Source of the DNA: an uncultured Thermoplasmata archaeon
GTDB lineage: Archaea > Thermoplasmatota > Thermoplasmata > UBA10834
Reading direction: 5' to 3'
Assembly (NCBI GenBank): GCA_963719945.1
Contig: CAVRDX010000001.1
Span: 32,001 to 96,000 of the forward strand
Length of the DNA stretch: 64,000 bases
Shown here: positions 10,094-22,682 of the stretch, in pieces
Position numbering within the stretch: the stretch's first letter is position 1
Layout: each line of letters begins with the position of its first letter
Notes under the pieces: model-generated
Seen by the model: the letters and a program-made list of their open reading frames with translations, nothing else
The model's database searches: none
What the model was told of the DNA's origin: nothing
Program-made: the position numbers and the translations under genes

Positions 10094-11704
10094 CTACTTC
10101 TTCCTCTTCTTCGAGAACTCCAGGGCTGCTTTGACCAGACCGAAATGCATGGGCGCCGGTTTCTGAGGTCTCGACTTGAACTCCGGGTGGAACTGGGAGC
10201 CCATGAAGAATGGATGTCCATCGAGCTCGAATATCTCCATCCTCTTGCTATCGGGAGACCTTCCAGTGTACTTGAGCCCGCTCTCCTGTATTCTGTCGAT
10301 GTAGTGCGGGTTGACCTCGTACCTATGCCGGTGTCTCTCCGAGATCTCGTTCGACCCATACAGTTTCTCGGCGTTCGACCCCTTCTCGATCACGATCGTT
10401 TGCGCTCCCAATCTCATGGTAGCGCCCTTCCTGGTCACATTCTTCTGCTCGGGCAGGATGTCTATCACTGGATGTGATGTGTGTGAGTCGAACTCCGTGC
10501 TGTTCGCGTCGTGCATCTGAAGGACGTTCCTCGAGAACTCGACAGTGGCGAGCTGGAATCCGAGGCAAACCCCCAGGAACGGAACGTTGTTCGTCCTGGC
10601 GTGCTTGATCGCCTCCATCTTGCCCTCGGCACCCCTCGACCCGAACCCTCCAGGTATGAGAACGCCATCTGCATCTTCCAGAAGCTTCTTGGGGTTGTCC
10701 TTCTCGATATCCTCTGCTTCGAGTCTGATGAATGTGACTTTCGTATCGAGTTCCGCCCCTGCATGTGCCAGAGCCTCGTAATGGCTCATGTACGAATCGT
10801 ATTGGTCCATGTACTTCCCCACGAGCGCGATCTTGACCTCGTGCTTGGGGTTCATCACCTTGTTCAGGAACTTCTTCCAGTCCTTCAGCCCGTCCTTTGG
10901 GACGTCGATGTTCATCCGCTTCATGAGATAATCTGGAAGTCCCTGTTCCTCCAGGAATATCGGGACCTGATAGATCGATTTCGCATCGGGGGCGCTTACG
11001 ACGGCTTCCAATGGGACATCGCAGAACAGTGCTATCTTCTTCCTCGCGCTGTCCTCGAGCGGCCTTTCGCACCTCGCGACGATCACATCGGGCTGTATCC
11101 CGAGTCCTCTGAGCTCTCTGACCGAATGCTGGGTCGGCTTGGTCTTCTGCTCCTTCAGCGCTCCAAGCGCGGGAACGAGTGTGGTATGTACGAACAGAAT
11201 GTGCTCGTGTCCCATCTCGGAGTGCATCTGCCTCATAGCTTCCAGAAACGGCATGGACTCGATATCACCGACCGTGCCCCCGAGCTCGACTATGACCACG
11301 TCGGCACCGGACTTGATCCCGACATTGGATATCATCGATTTGATCTCGTTCGTAATATGGGGGATTATCTGCACGGTCTTCCCCAGGAAGTGCCCATCCC
11401 TCTCCTTCTCGATCACATTGCCATAGACCTTACCTGTGGTCATGACATGATCGCTGGTGAGGCTAGAATCCATGAAACGTTCGTAATTGCCGAGGTCGAG
11501 GTCAGCTTCCCCCCCATCATCAAGGACGAAGACTTCTCCATGTTCGAACGGGTTGAGTGTTCCCGCATCGGAGTTGAGGTATGGGTCGATCTTCATTGCG
11601 GTGACATTGACACCCCGTGCCCTCAGAACACATCCGATGGACGACGATGTGATGCCCTTTCCAAGGCCTGACAAAACTCCGCCCGTGACAATAATACACT
11701 TCAT
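10094..11704 (-). CDS. pyrG: CTP synthase
   Basis: TGGVLSGLGKG, KIDPYLN.DAGT, GVCLG, ERHRHRYE, QFHPE. Confidence 0.98.
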   Translation of the reverse strand: MKCIIVTGGVLSGLGKGITSSSIGCVLRARGVNVTAMKIDPYLNSDAGTLNPFEHGEVFVLDDGGEADLDLGNYERFMDSSLTSDHVMTTGKVYGNVIEKERDGHFLGKTVQIIPHITNEIKSMISNVGIKSGADVVIVELGGTVGDIESMPFLEAMRQMHSEMGHEHILFVHTTLVPALGALKEQKTKPTQHSVRELRGLGIQPDVIVARCERPLEDSARKKIALFCDVPLEAVVSAPDAKSIYQVPIFLEEQGLPDYLMKRMNIDVPKDGLKDWKKFLNKVMNPKHEVKIALVGKYMDQYDSYMSHYEALAHAGAELDTKVTFIRLEAEDIEKDNPKKLLEDADGVLIPGGFGSRGAEGKMEAIKHARTNNVPFLGVCLGFQLATVEFSRNVLQMHDANSTEFDSHTSHPVIDILPEQKNVTRKGATMRLGAQTIVIEKGSNAEKLYGSNEISERHRHRYEVNPHYIDRIQESGLKYTGRSPDSKRMEIFELDGHPFFMGSQFHPEFKSRPQKPAPMHFGLVKAALEFSKKRKK

Positions 11705-11856
11705 CTTAATTCACGGGATACGGAGAACAGTTCGGACCAACTTAAAGATTTGCTACAACCTCCAATGGAGTCACCAGGCATATCTGCCCTTGGAATGTGA
11801 TTGCTTCGTACAGGTGGCACCTATCACGTGCATCTTCATTGACCGATGGATCAGGC

Positions 11857-12369
11857 TCAGTTCATCCGTTTCATTAGATCCTCGAGGGCACCTGTGACCA
11901 CAGCGATTGCTTTCGCGACCGGCTGGGAGACCTCTCCGCGGAACTCGATGGTGCCAGGTTGTATGCCTATGACTGCGACCCTCTTGCCCTCCTTGGCCAA
12001 CAAAGCCGACAGCAGTGCGACCGCGACTCTGTGCGTCGTGATCTCCCTGTCCTGTATCTCCTCTCTCATGATCACGCGAATGGTTCCTGGCTCGGCCTTG
12101 AGCCCCGCGGCGTCCACGAAGAATATGGTCGCATCCTCGTGCTTCTCTGAGATGTCCAGGGCAGTGCCCTCTACTCCATCGTGTTCAGAAAATGAATAGG
12201 TTGGAAAGAGTTTCTTCAAGGCCTCGGCCACGAGCACGCCCGCACCGTCATCGGCCTTGTCCGTATACCCCAGGCCTAGGACGTAGATCCGCCCTTTGCC
12301 CGCGATATCCGCGAGACAACGCCTCAGATCCTCTTCAGATTCACAAGGTGTGTCGCGCAGCTTATGCAT
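11857..12369 (-). CDS. Hydrogenase maturation endopeptidase
   Basis: LGLG....ADDGAG, FVDAA and TTH motifs; last gene of the hydrogenase operon; start uncertain. Confidence 0.88.
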   Translation of the reverse strand: MHKLRDTPCESEEDLRRCLADIAGKGRIYVLGLGYTDKADDGAGVLVAEALKKLFPTYSFSEHDGVEGTALDISEKHEDATIFFVDAAGLKAEPGTIRVIMREEIQDREITTHRVAVALLSALLAKEGKRVAVIGIQPGTIEFRGEVSQPVAKAIAVVTGALEDLMKRMN

Positions 12370-13616
12370 GGGTCGTACGCCCTCGCTACCATTTCAAGGC
12401 CAAGTCGGACCTCGGCATCGCTCTTGTCATCTGCGAGCATCCTCTCGGCCGTGAGCTTCATGTGCATCTCGATGTCGTCGAGGTTCTGAGCCGTGGGTGT
12501 GATGATGTCCGCGACATCGATCAACCCATCCTTGATCTCGTAGTGGTGGTAGAGCGTACCGCGTGGAGCTTCGACCGCTCCGGTGCCGGATCCAGTCTGC
12601 CTCGTGGGTTGTTCAATCGCTGGGTCGTCCAGCGCAGCGACCTTGTCGCATGCTTCTGGAAGGTGCTCCACCGACCACAACAACTCGATGGCCTGCGCGA
12701 GGTTGTTGTACAATGGGTTCGTGAGCCATCTGTCGTTGAAGTGCTCCTTGAAGAGGTCGCCGGCCTGTCCGTCGAGCCTCTTGCCCATGTTGACCATCCT
12801 TGCGTTCGCACCGACCGTGAATGTCTTCTCGTTGAACTTCGATCTCTTGGCGAATGAGTGCGGGACTATGCGCTCGTTTGTGAGCTTCTTGTAATCCTCT
12901 GCACTCGTCTCCTTGCCGTTAGAGATGAGGATCGTGTCGCCGTAGAATCCATACTTCTTATTCGGCGCGTTCACGGACATGAACACCATCTTATCGGATT
13001 CCGGGTACTTTGGATACTCGACCGCGGTTGCGAACAGCTCGACCGCTCGGGCTGCATCTGGGACCAGTTCACGGGACCTCAGCTTGATCTCCTCGAGGGC
13101 CTTCTTGCTCGGATACTTGCCGAAGCCTCCAAGGATCGGGTTCTCGCCGTGGACTATTCTTCCGCTCGTGACCTCCATGACATGGTTGCCGAACTTCTTC
13201 AGACGCAGCGCACGCTTGACATCGTCCCCGAAATCGTTCAACATCGCGATCGCGGACGGATATCCGAGGAAGTCGGGAAGTGCCAGCATGAATGTGTGGA
13301 GCGAGTTGCTCTCGACGTTCTCTCCGAGCATCATGAGCTCCCTCGTGAGCTGAGCCTTCTCGGGCGGCGTTATGCCTAGCGCCTTCTCAAGGCCGCGGAT
13401 CGCGGCGAACTTGTGAGAGAGGGTGCATATCGCGCATATCCTCGGTACCACGTTCAGATCGTCAGCCGGGGTCATGCCGCGGACCAGCTGCTCTATGAGC
13501 CTCGGACCCTCGTGCACATCCAATGTGACGCTCTTGACCTTCTTGCCATCGAGCGTGACGGTTATGCCACCGTCTCCCTCGACCCTTGCGAGTGCTGGAA
13601 CGTTAAGCTCCTTCAT
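12324..13616 (-). CDS. hydA: Group 3b NiFe hydrogenase large (alpha) subunit
   Basis: RVEG; L1 RICAICTLSH; EAPRG; L2 RAYDPCISCATH plus a short C-terminal extension. Confidence 0.93.
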   Translation of the reverse strand: MKELNVPALARVEGDGGITVTLDGKKVKSVTLDVHEGPRLIEQLVRGMTPADDLNVVPRICAICTLSHKFAAIRGLEKALGITPPEKAQLTRELMMLGENVESNSLHTFMLALPDFLGYPSAIAMLNDFGDDVKRALRLKKFGNHVMEVTSGRIVHGENPILGGFGKYPSKKALEEIKLRSRELVPDAARAVELFATAVEYPKYPESDKMVFMSVNAPNKKYGFYGDTILISNGKETSAEDYKKLTNERIVPHSFAKRSKFNEKTFTVGANARMVNMGKRLDGQAGDLFKEHFNDRWLTNPLYNNLAQAIELLWSVEHLPEACDKVAALDDPAIEQPTRQTGSGTGAVEAPRGTLYHHYEIKDGLIDVADIITPTAQNLDDIEMHMKLTAERMLADDKSDAEVRLGLEMVARAYDPCISCATHLVNLKRI

Positions 13617-14410
13617 TTCTTAGCCCCCTTCTTCTTCTCGAGGTCCTTGACAAGCTCGACGACACCAGATCCTCCGAACTTCCTGATCTTCTTGATGATC
13701 TCGTCCGGATCGTACCCCTTCTCCTTGAGCAGGTTGTACTCCGATGTCACATTCAGATCGTCGGTGGGTCCCCAGCAGCCAACGCATGGCAGGTTGTGAG
13801 ACGGACATACCGCGCCGCAGCCTCCCTTGGTGAGTGGGCCTGCGCAGAACTTGCCATTGTTGAGCAGACAGATGTTCTCCTTCCACTTGCACTCCAGACA
13901 TACAGGAGACTTCAGTAGGTACGGGTGTCTGCCAGCGACGAGCTTGGATACTGATTTCAGGAACTCCATCTTGTCGATCGGGCATCCCGGGATCTTCATG
14001 TCCACCTTGACGAATGCGTCCAGTGGCTGCGCCTCGAACGCCTTGGATATGGTGATCTTTGCGTTGCCGTAGACCTTCTTGTAGCGTTCCTCGTAGCTAC
14101 CTTCACCGAGCTTCATGGCCTGGGGTCCACCCCAGCAGGCGCATGTGCCGATCGCGATGAGGATCTTGGCGCGCTCTCTGATCTCCTTCAGGTGCTTCAG
14201 TTGCGCCTCTGTGGATATCGATCCCTCGACGAGCGCGACATCCAGCTCGCCCTCGTGATTGTCGCTCTTCGCCATCACGAACGAGCGTATCTCGGTCGCG
14301 CCGAATAGGTCCACCAGTTGATCCTCGCAGTTGAGTATCATAAGTTGGTCGCCTGCGCAACCGGTGAAGCCGTATACTCCAATCTTAGGCGATGATTTTG
14401 TCACTGACAC
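13613..14410 (-). CDS. hydD: Group 3b hydrogenase small (delta) subunit
   Basis: VEGS, GTCA..GG, IPGCP, VCLEC, C.GP.T..GC.A.CP....C.GC.G. Confidence 0.9.
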   Translation of the reverse strand: MSVTKSSPKIGVYGFTGCAGDQLMILNCEDQLVDLFGATEIRSFVMAKSDNHEGELDVALVEGSISTEAQLKHLKEIRERAKILIAIGTCACWGGPQAMKLGEGSYEERYKKVYGNAKITISKAFEAQPLDAFVKVDMKIPGCPIDKMEFLKSVSKLVAGRHPYLLKSPVCLECKWKENICLLNNGKFCAGPLTKGGCGAVCPSHNLPCVGCWGPTDDLNVTSEYNLLKEKGYDPDEIIKKIRKFGGSGVVELVKDLEKKKGAKK

Positions 14411-15287
14411 CCCTCCCTATGAGCTCCTTCATGTGGAGCACGTCCCAGTAGGTGAATATAGGACCGTCGATGCAAGTGTACAGATATTCTATGGCACAGT
14501 GCCCGCACTTGCCGACCCCGCACTTCATCCTCCTCTCTAGGGTCATCACGATCTGGTGCTTCGGTATACCGAGCTTCACCAGGTTTTCCATCACGAACTT
14601 GTACATGACTGGCGGACCGCACACCGCCGCGTATGTGTTCTTCGCGTCGACCGGTCCTAGGTCCTTGAACAGAGTCGTGATCAGTCCGACCTTCTCGGTC
14701 CACTTGCCCGTGTCGTCCTTGTCCACGGTCAAGAGACAGTTCAGGTCCTCCCGCTCCTTCAGCTGGAAGAACTCATCCCTGAAGAGCATCTCTCCCGGGT
14801 TCTTCGCGCCGTGCAGGTAGGTCACCTTGCCGAACTTGTCCCTGTTGTCCAGGATGTAAAGGAGCAGCGACCTCAACGGAGCGACTCCCATGCCTCCCGC
14901 GACGATCATTATGTCCTTGCCTTCCATCTTTTCGATGGGGAAGGTGTTCCCGTAAGGTCCTCTTATCCCGATCGTCTGGTTCTCCTTCAGTCCGAAGAGG
15001 GATTCCGTCAGGGTTCCCGTCTTCCTTATGCAGAACTCCAGGAGCCCCGGTCTCGACGGCGTGGACGATATGCAGAACGGTGCCTCACCCTCTCCAGGAA
15101 CGGAGAGCATGACGAACTGCCCTGGAAGATAACTCATCTTCAACGCCTCGTCCACATCAACGGGCCTCACCTGGAAGAAATTCACATCGCTGGTCAACGG
15201 GTACTTGCGGACGATCCTCCACATGTCCGGCTGGTAGGGGTTCTCATCTACCTCCCTGTCGTCCAGCACTACGCACAGTCTCTTCAC
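14385..15287 (-). CDS. hydG: Group 3b hydrogenase gamma subunit (FAD/NAD(P), 2Fe-2S)
   Basis: PGQF, RGPYG, AGGMG.AP, CGPP.M, ERRMKCGVGKCGHC....C.DGP; GTG start overlapping the hydB stop. Confidence 0.9.
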   Translation of the reverse strand: MKRLCVVLDDREVDENPYQPDMWRIVRKYPLTSDVNFFQVRPVDVDEALKMSYLPGQFVMLSVPGEGEAPFCISSTPSRPGLLEFCIRKTGTLTESLFGLKENQTIGIRGPYGNTFPIEKMEGKDIMIVAGGMGVAPLRSLLLYILDNRDKFGKVTYLHGAKNPGEMLFRDEFFQLKEREDLNCLLTVDKDDTGKWTEKVGLITTLFKDLGPVDAKNTYAAVCGPPVMYKFVMENLVKLGIPKHQIVMTLERRMKCGVGKCGHCAIEYLYTCIDGPIFTYWDVLHMKELIGRGVSDKIIA

Positions 15288-16309
15288 TTGCCCACCTCCT
15301 GTTCCTTCAACGCCTGCGAAACGGTCTCGACATTGATGTCGACCGGGCAGGTCGAGACGCATCTTCCGCAGCCAACGCAGGCCGGCTTCCCGAACTCGCC
15401 GATGTATGCCTGCAGCTTGTGAGTGTACCAGAGCCTCAGTCTGTCGGCTCTCTTGTCCCTGAAGTTGTGCCCGCCCGCGACGAGCGAGTACTCCCTGAAC
15501 ATGCAGCTGTCCCAGGATCTCTCCCTGGTGCCCTCCACGGTCCCCAGCTCTACCTCGTCAACCACGTTGAAGCAGTTGCAGGTCGGACAGACCATGGAGC
15601 ACTGTCCGCATGACAGGCATTTCTCTCCCAGCTCCTCCCATATCGGGCTGCTGTAGGCGAGCTCGAATATGTCTGGCATGCCGGTGAAATCCACCTTCGC
15701 CTTGAACTGGGAGTTCTTCCACTTCCTGTACTCGGTGTAATTGAGGATGTCGTTCTTGTCCAGGTCCCTGCTGAACAGCTCGGGCCTCATCCTGATGAGA
15801 TCGTGGCCCCTGCTTGAGCCGACCCAGACCAGGTAGAACATCTTGAGGTCCGTGAAGAACAGATCGAAGCCCTCGGCGACGAAATCAGTGTTCGTCGCGA
15901 AGCACATGCACTTCTCATCCGGGATGCAGCTGTGACCCATGAGTATGGTCTTCTCCCTGCGCTCGGCGTAATACGGGTCCTTGTAGGTCTCCAGGAAGAG
16001 CTTGTCCATGATCAATATCCCGTGCACGTCGCATGGGTGCAGACCGAACAGAATCTTCTTCGAGACATCGCCCGTCCTCTCGACGAACCCTTCCTCGTCA
16101 AAGTCGAACATAGTGAACTTTGGCGGGTATAGGAACTTCTTCGGCGGGATGACCGTCCTGGTCGCCTTCAGATCCATTTGGGAGAGCGATTCGACCTTCG
16201 CGTAGGTGGTCTTGCCTCCCTTGCTCGCAGGACCCCATAGCTCTCCCCATTCCTTGGCGCTCTCGAGGAAAGCGGGAAGGTCCTCTTTCTTCATCTTCAA
16301 AATCATCAT
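15284..16309 (-). CDS. hydB: Group 3b hydrogenase beta subunit (4Fe-4S)
   Basis: CLSCGQCSMVCPTCNC and CVGCGRCVSTCP. Confidence 0.9.
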   Translation of the reverse strand: MMILKMKKEDLPAFLESAKEWGELWGPASKGGKTTYAKVESLSQMDLKATRTVIPPKKFLYPPKFTMFDFDEEGFVERTGDVSKKILFGLHPCDVHGILIMDKLFLETYKDPYYAERREKTILMGHSCIPDEKCMCFATNTDFVAEGFDLFFTDLKMFYLVWVGSSRGHDLIRMRPELFSRDLDKNDILNYTEYRKWKNSQFKAKVDFTGMPDIFELAYSSPIWEELGEKCLSCGQCSMVCPTCNCFNVVDEVELGTVEGTRERSWDSCMFREYSLVAGGHNFRDKRADRLRLWYTHKLQAYIGEFGKPACVGCGRCVSTCPVDINVETVSQALKEQEVGK

Positions 16310-16775
16310 GGTATCTCTTCCCTAGCTTGGAGTATCACCCTATTTCCACACAGGCGCAGACAAAAGGATGCCAGACCTGCGGATAAACCGTGTGATTGGA
16401 GGTATCGAGCCGTGGTATAAAAACATTCGGAACTTCTATCGAAGATGTGTTGTCGATTATAGAAAAACGTTTCAAAAGTCTTGTCGTTCGTGAGGGGTCT
16501 TTCGATGGTTTTCCAAATGATCACCCTCCGCAGGCGATTCTGCCATGCAATTGACGTGGCTTCGGTTCGACCATCCGCTGAACACTAGCGAACAATCGGA
16601 TCCTATCAATGAACGAGGGAACGCAGGTGATTCAAGTGCGTCTGTCTGCACGCGTCTTAGTCACGGGATTTCTCCCTTCCCTGCCCATTTTGTTAGTATT
16701 TATATATATGAGACCTGACAATGCCTTTTATGCATCTTAGACCCCCGTCTAAGGTCGCAAGGAAGGGATTTGAAT

Positions 16776-18533
16776 ATGAATGAAATATTGAGATCTAGGA
16801 TTATAGTCTCAACAATGGCACTGGCGATGGTTGCGATGGCGTTCTCGCTTTCTGCACCAAACGCAGAGGCCGCATGGACTAATTCCTGGAGCACTGAAAC
16901 AGCGTTGGGTGCACCCGCTGCTCAGTCCGTCGTTGTGAGCGGTCTGGACGGGACCGTATATGTCATGGGCGGAGTGACGGATGCGACATATGGTGCGATA
17001 GCAGATGCGTATGCATACGATCCCGACTCTGGGGATTGGACTGTTCTCGCGTCGATGCCGGCGGCTGTCAGAGGAGCCGCAGGCGCAGTGGGAGTTGATG
17101 GCAAGGTATACGTCTTCGGAGGAGCTTATGCTGGCGTCGTGACAAACACCCAGATATATGACCCCGAGACAGATTCATGGGATGCTGGAACTGCGTTGCC
17201 TCTCGGAGTATGGGAAGCAAAGGCTGCAACCGTTGGCAACGGATCGATATGGGTTGTTGGCGGTGAGTCTGCTGGAGGTATATCGCAGATATACGATCCA
17301 GTTGCGGATACTTGGTCTGTCGGACCGTCTGCCCCTGAATCGGTGATGTGCGGTTCGATGATTGCGGATGGCGACAATCTCTACTATGCTGGTGGCGGTA
17401 GCGGCGGTTATTCCGGAACGACGAATTTCTTCATGTACGACGGTGACCTTGGCAGCTGGGCGAGTCTCACGGATTTGCCCGAAGTTCGCGCTGGCCATGC
17501 GATGGTCATGGGTATTGACGGACTTATCTACCTCATTGGCGGCTCGGACAGCGGGCTGAACTGGGGAGGCGGCGTTACCTATGATACAGTCATCGCATAC
17601 GATCCTGTCGCCGAAGAATGGATGGACGTCGTGAGCCTCGATAATACCCGTACATATCTCGGAGCTACGATGACTGCCGATGGCAGGATAATGGCTATAG
17701 GCGGAAACACGGACACTACGGTCCTGGATGTCGTGGAATCTCTCCAGCTGTATTTGTTCGATTACTCGATTGAATTCTCATCGACATCGGTTCGGGCTGG
17801 AGAATCCGTTCTGATGACAGTCGACCCGCAGCTCACATACATTGAGGAGTACTATTCTGACGTCTCCTGGTATCTGGTATCGGATGTCGACGGGACCCTC
17901 TATAATGACGGATACATGTGGAATCCGACAGATGCTCCGATGGCACTCGAGATATATGTGTCACTCCTTGCTGAGCCTGGTGACTACATCATCGTTGTGG
18001 AATATCTCGAGGTCTGGGGTGATGGCTCCTACGATTATGTGGAGATGTTGGAGTTCCCGTTGGAGGTACTCCCTGCAGCTACACCTGTGGAAGACCTGAT
18101 TTCCGACTTGGAGGCTCAGATATCAGCGTTGGAGACCCAGGTTGCGGACCTTCAGACACAATTGGATGATCTCAGCACTGCCATGGATACTGCCGATGCA
18201 GATATGGCGGTCGAGATTGCGGCACTTCAGACTCAGGTGGCTGCCCTCGAAGAGTCACTGGCTGCCTTAGAAGCATCTATGACTGCTGACAACCAGGATC
18301 TGATGGACGAGATCACTGCACTGCAGGGCCAGATGGACGAGATCACCGCACTGCAGGATCAGATAGCGTTGCTGCAGGACTCGCTGGATAATGTGAGCGC
18401 GGATGTATCGAGCGATGATACGGACAACACGATGAACTATGTCGTGATCGTTCTGGTCATAATAGTCATCCTGCTGCTGGTCGTCATGATGCTCATGAGA
18501 CCGAAGTCCGTGCCTCCACCACCGGTAGAATGA
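16776..18533 (+). CDS. Secreted Kelch-repeat surface protein with coiled-coil stalk and C-terminal TM anchor
   Basis: Signal peptide; about 6 Kelch units (YV.GG...YDP....W); heptad-rich segment; hydrophobic C-terminus. Confidence 0.82.
   Translation: MNEILRSRIIVSTMALAMVAMAFSLSAPNAEAAWTNSWSTETALGAPAAQSVVVSGLDGTVYVMGGVTDATYGAIADAYAYDPDSGDWTVLASMPAAVRGAAGAVGVDGKVYVFGGAYAGVVTNTQIYDPETDSWDAGTALPLGVWEAKAATVGNGSIWVVGGESAGGISQIYDPVADTWSVGPSAPESVMCGSMIADGDNLYYAGGGSGGYSGTTNFFMYDGDLGSWASLTDLPEVRAGHAMVMGIDGLIYLIGGSDSGLNWGGGVTYDTVIAYDPVAEEWMDVVSLDNTRTYLGATMTADGRIMAIGGNTDTTVLDVVESLQLYLFDYSIEFSSTSVRAGESVLMTVDPQLTYIEEYYSDVSWYLVSDVDGTLYNDGYMWNPTDAPMALEIYVSLLAEPGDYIIVVEYLEVWGDGSYDYVEMLEFPLEVLPAATPVEDLISDLEAQISALETQVADLQTQLDDLSTAMDTADADMAVEIAALQTQVAALEESLAALEASMTADNQDLMDEITALQGQMDEITALQDQIALLQDSLDNVSADVSSDDTDNTMNYVVIVLVIIVILLLVVMMLMRPKSVPPPPVE
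18303..18362 (+). repeat. 30-bp in-frame tandem duplication (MDEITALQGQ/MDEITALQDQ)
   Basis: atggacgagatcactgcactgcagggccag followed by atggacgagatcaccgcactgcaggatcag. Confidence 0.9.
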
Positions 18534-18674
18534 TCGTGGAGCGGAAACAAAACCCATTAAACCTCTTACCGTTTTATCTTCTTGATTGGTTGATTCAAGA
18601 GCGTGTTCGCACTTTTCAGGTTCAATGCCGATAGAGCTGAAGCTGATCGATGTGAATGAAAAATTTATGATGGT

Positions 18675-20414
<1,740 letters not shown>

Positions 20415-20694
20415 TCAGAATCGAGAGAACACGGCTAATGCCGGAGATCTCGATCCTCCATCATGTCTGCGACAAGTGGATGTTGGTTGATCATCAGAAA
20501 AGGCATAAGCGCCTCCCTCTCAACCATCGCCGTATGTCGCAGATTGGGTAGTCCCGCTAAGTTCGATGCTGTATATATGCGTTTCGAACTCGGTTCACGA
20601 AGCAACATATGTCGCTCCGCAGGTCCTCCCCCTACTATCTACAACTGCGTGGTATTTGAGGATTTCGTACGCGGAACCGCACACCCGGTGAATA

Positions 20695-22449
20695 TCATCC
20701 AGTGAATACTGCGCTGTATATGGGCGAATCCGTCGGAGTGTAGTCGATGGATATGCTATATTCAACATCTGGACGGAATCCTTCTCCCAATGTCACGATG
20801 ACCTCGATGGTGTCTCCAGCGTTCACCAATCCGTTGCCCTGCAGGTCTCCGACGACACATATCAACGTCATGTTCCCCAACTGGGTGCCTTCTGGAGATC
20901 CATGTGGATGGCTCCCCAGTGCCCAAGAGATATCCGTCAGGGTTCCATTCGATCTGGTACTCTTCATAACTGATTAGGACGCGAACATCATTCCACAGCA
21001 CATCCATCAATTCGTAATCGTACCCTGTTCCATTGTGGACTGGATTGAAGGTGAGGATAATGGATTGGCCATCAGCGGTAAAAGCACATTCGCTGCGTGG
21101 TATTGCTCCGAACAGGAACACCTCTTGGAGCATCGCGGTGTCCGCAGGTTCGTATATGCACACCACCCATAGATACTCGATATCCTCTGGTCGTGTGTCG
21201 TCTCTCACGAGGATCTCGATCCGATCACAAATACCTAGGATGCCATCTCCAGCCGCATCGATCACGACACACTCCATTGAGTATTCGCCGATCTTGTCAC
21301 CCCGCAACTATAGTTCGATGTGGAACCGGTGCTCAGTGCCGTCTGGTCTACCTGCAGGTCAACGCTGTCCGCGCCGTCGCTGAGGAGGATGGTCACATCA
21401 TCCCATCCTACAGGGTCTGATATGTAATCTACCGTGATGGCGACCCCCTCTTCGCAGTTCGATTGGACCGAAGTGGTGTGGACAATCTGCGGATCAGTGA
21501 CCAATATGACCCCCTCATCTGTCATGATGATGTATGCGCTGAAAACCATCGACCGGATCCTCTTGAGGTTCTCTTCTGGATACGGATCTCTCTGCACCGA
21601 AATTATGTATGTCTGGGCACTGCACTCTGTATTCGGTTTTGTGAGATTATGTAGGGTGAAAGTGTCCCCATCATCCAGGTAACCATCGTCATCCTCGTCT
21701 GAAAATTCGAGAGTGCCAGTTGGTCCGATGGGGTCACTCAGGTCTTGAATCGTGTCAATATCCGGCGCGTCCCCATAGAATCCGAGAATGTCCATGTAGT
21801 CGAAGATACCTGCATGGGTTCCTGCTCTGATGGTGCAATTGGATCCCGATATTGGAACTGGTTCGGGTACCCTTTCGATGCTAATGAGGACATCCTCGAC
21901 CATCGTGTCTCCATTTCCATAATCAGTTCCGAATGAGTCCAGCTGAGCGACTGCATGATTTCCTGAAGCGCTTCCAGGAATCTAATTGCCAATCCACGCT
22001 CTGGGGGGAGTAGACCCCTTCGTTGCCGTTTATCGTCGCCCATTCGAATCTGACCTCTACCTCTATCCTATCACCCACATCATATTCCAATGGTCCCCAC
22101 ATCATCAAAGTTACATGCTCCCCGTCCTTCGGAGATATGAGATTCAATTGACCCATGCTAGTCTGCAATGTCCTTACACCGTCAATCTCCACCTCGACCG
22201 TAACGGTCCTTCCCGCCAGATCCGTGTCGAATCCATCCAAGAACGGTCCCAATGATTCATCTCTGACTAGGACGGCGTCCTCGAGGTCCTGAATGTCCCA
22301 GTGTCTGTAGTATTCATACCAGATGAGCACTCCTGATGCTCCAAGAAGGATGGCGACAATCGCCTGCGAGGAATTTGCGGGAGATCTTCCCAGATCCTTT
22401 GGTTGGCCTTCTGGAGTTTCTGTTACTCCCTCTCGGTCCTCTCTTCCAT
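20695..22449 (-). pseudogene. Frameshifted membrane-anchored surface protein with repeated acidic domains (or sequencing indels)
   Basis: ATG 22449 behind a GAGGTGG RBS; coding sense continues across ORF pieces 21923-22618, 21738-22043, 21262-21903, 20762-21307 and 20695-20967 through frame switches. Confidence 0.65.
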
Positions 22450-22682
22450 CGCACCCACCTCTCGCCCTATTGGAAATGCATTGCGGTATAACTAATTCCT
22501 GTCTGTTGGCTGCGATTGAGCTGGTCCTCGATGCAACACGATGCGTGAGACATCTGCTGAGATACAATGAATTTTCTCGCTCAACTGATGCGGGAGCAGC
22601 TTGATGGTCCTCAACCATGTCATGTCGAATTCAACACATATGAAATATCAGGTTCGTCATTTCGTTGGATTGGGGTACGATC

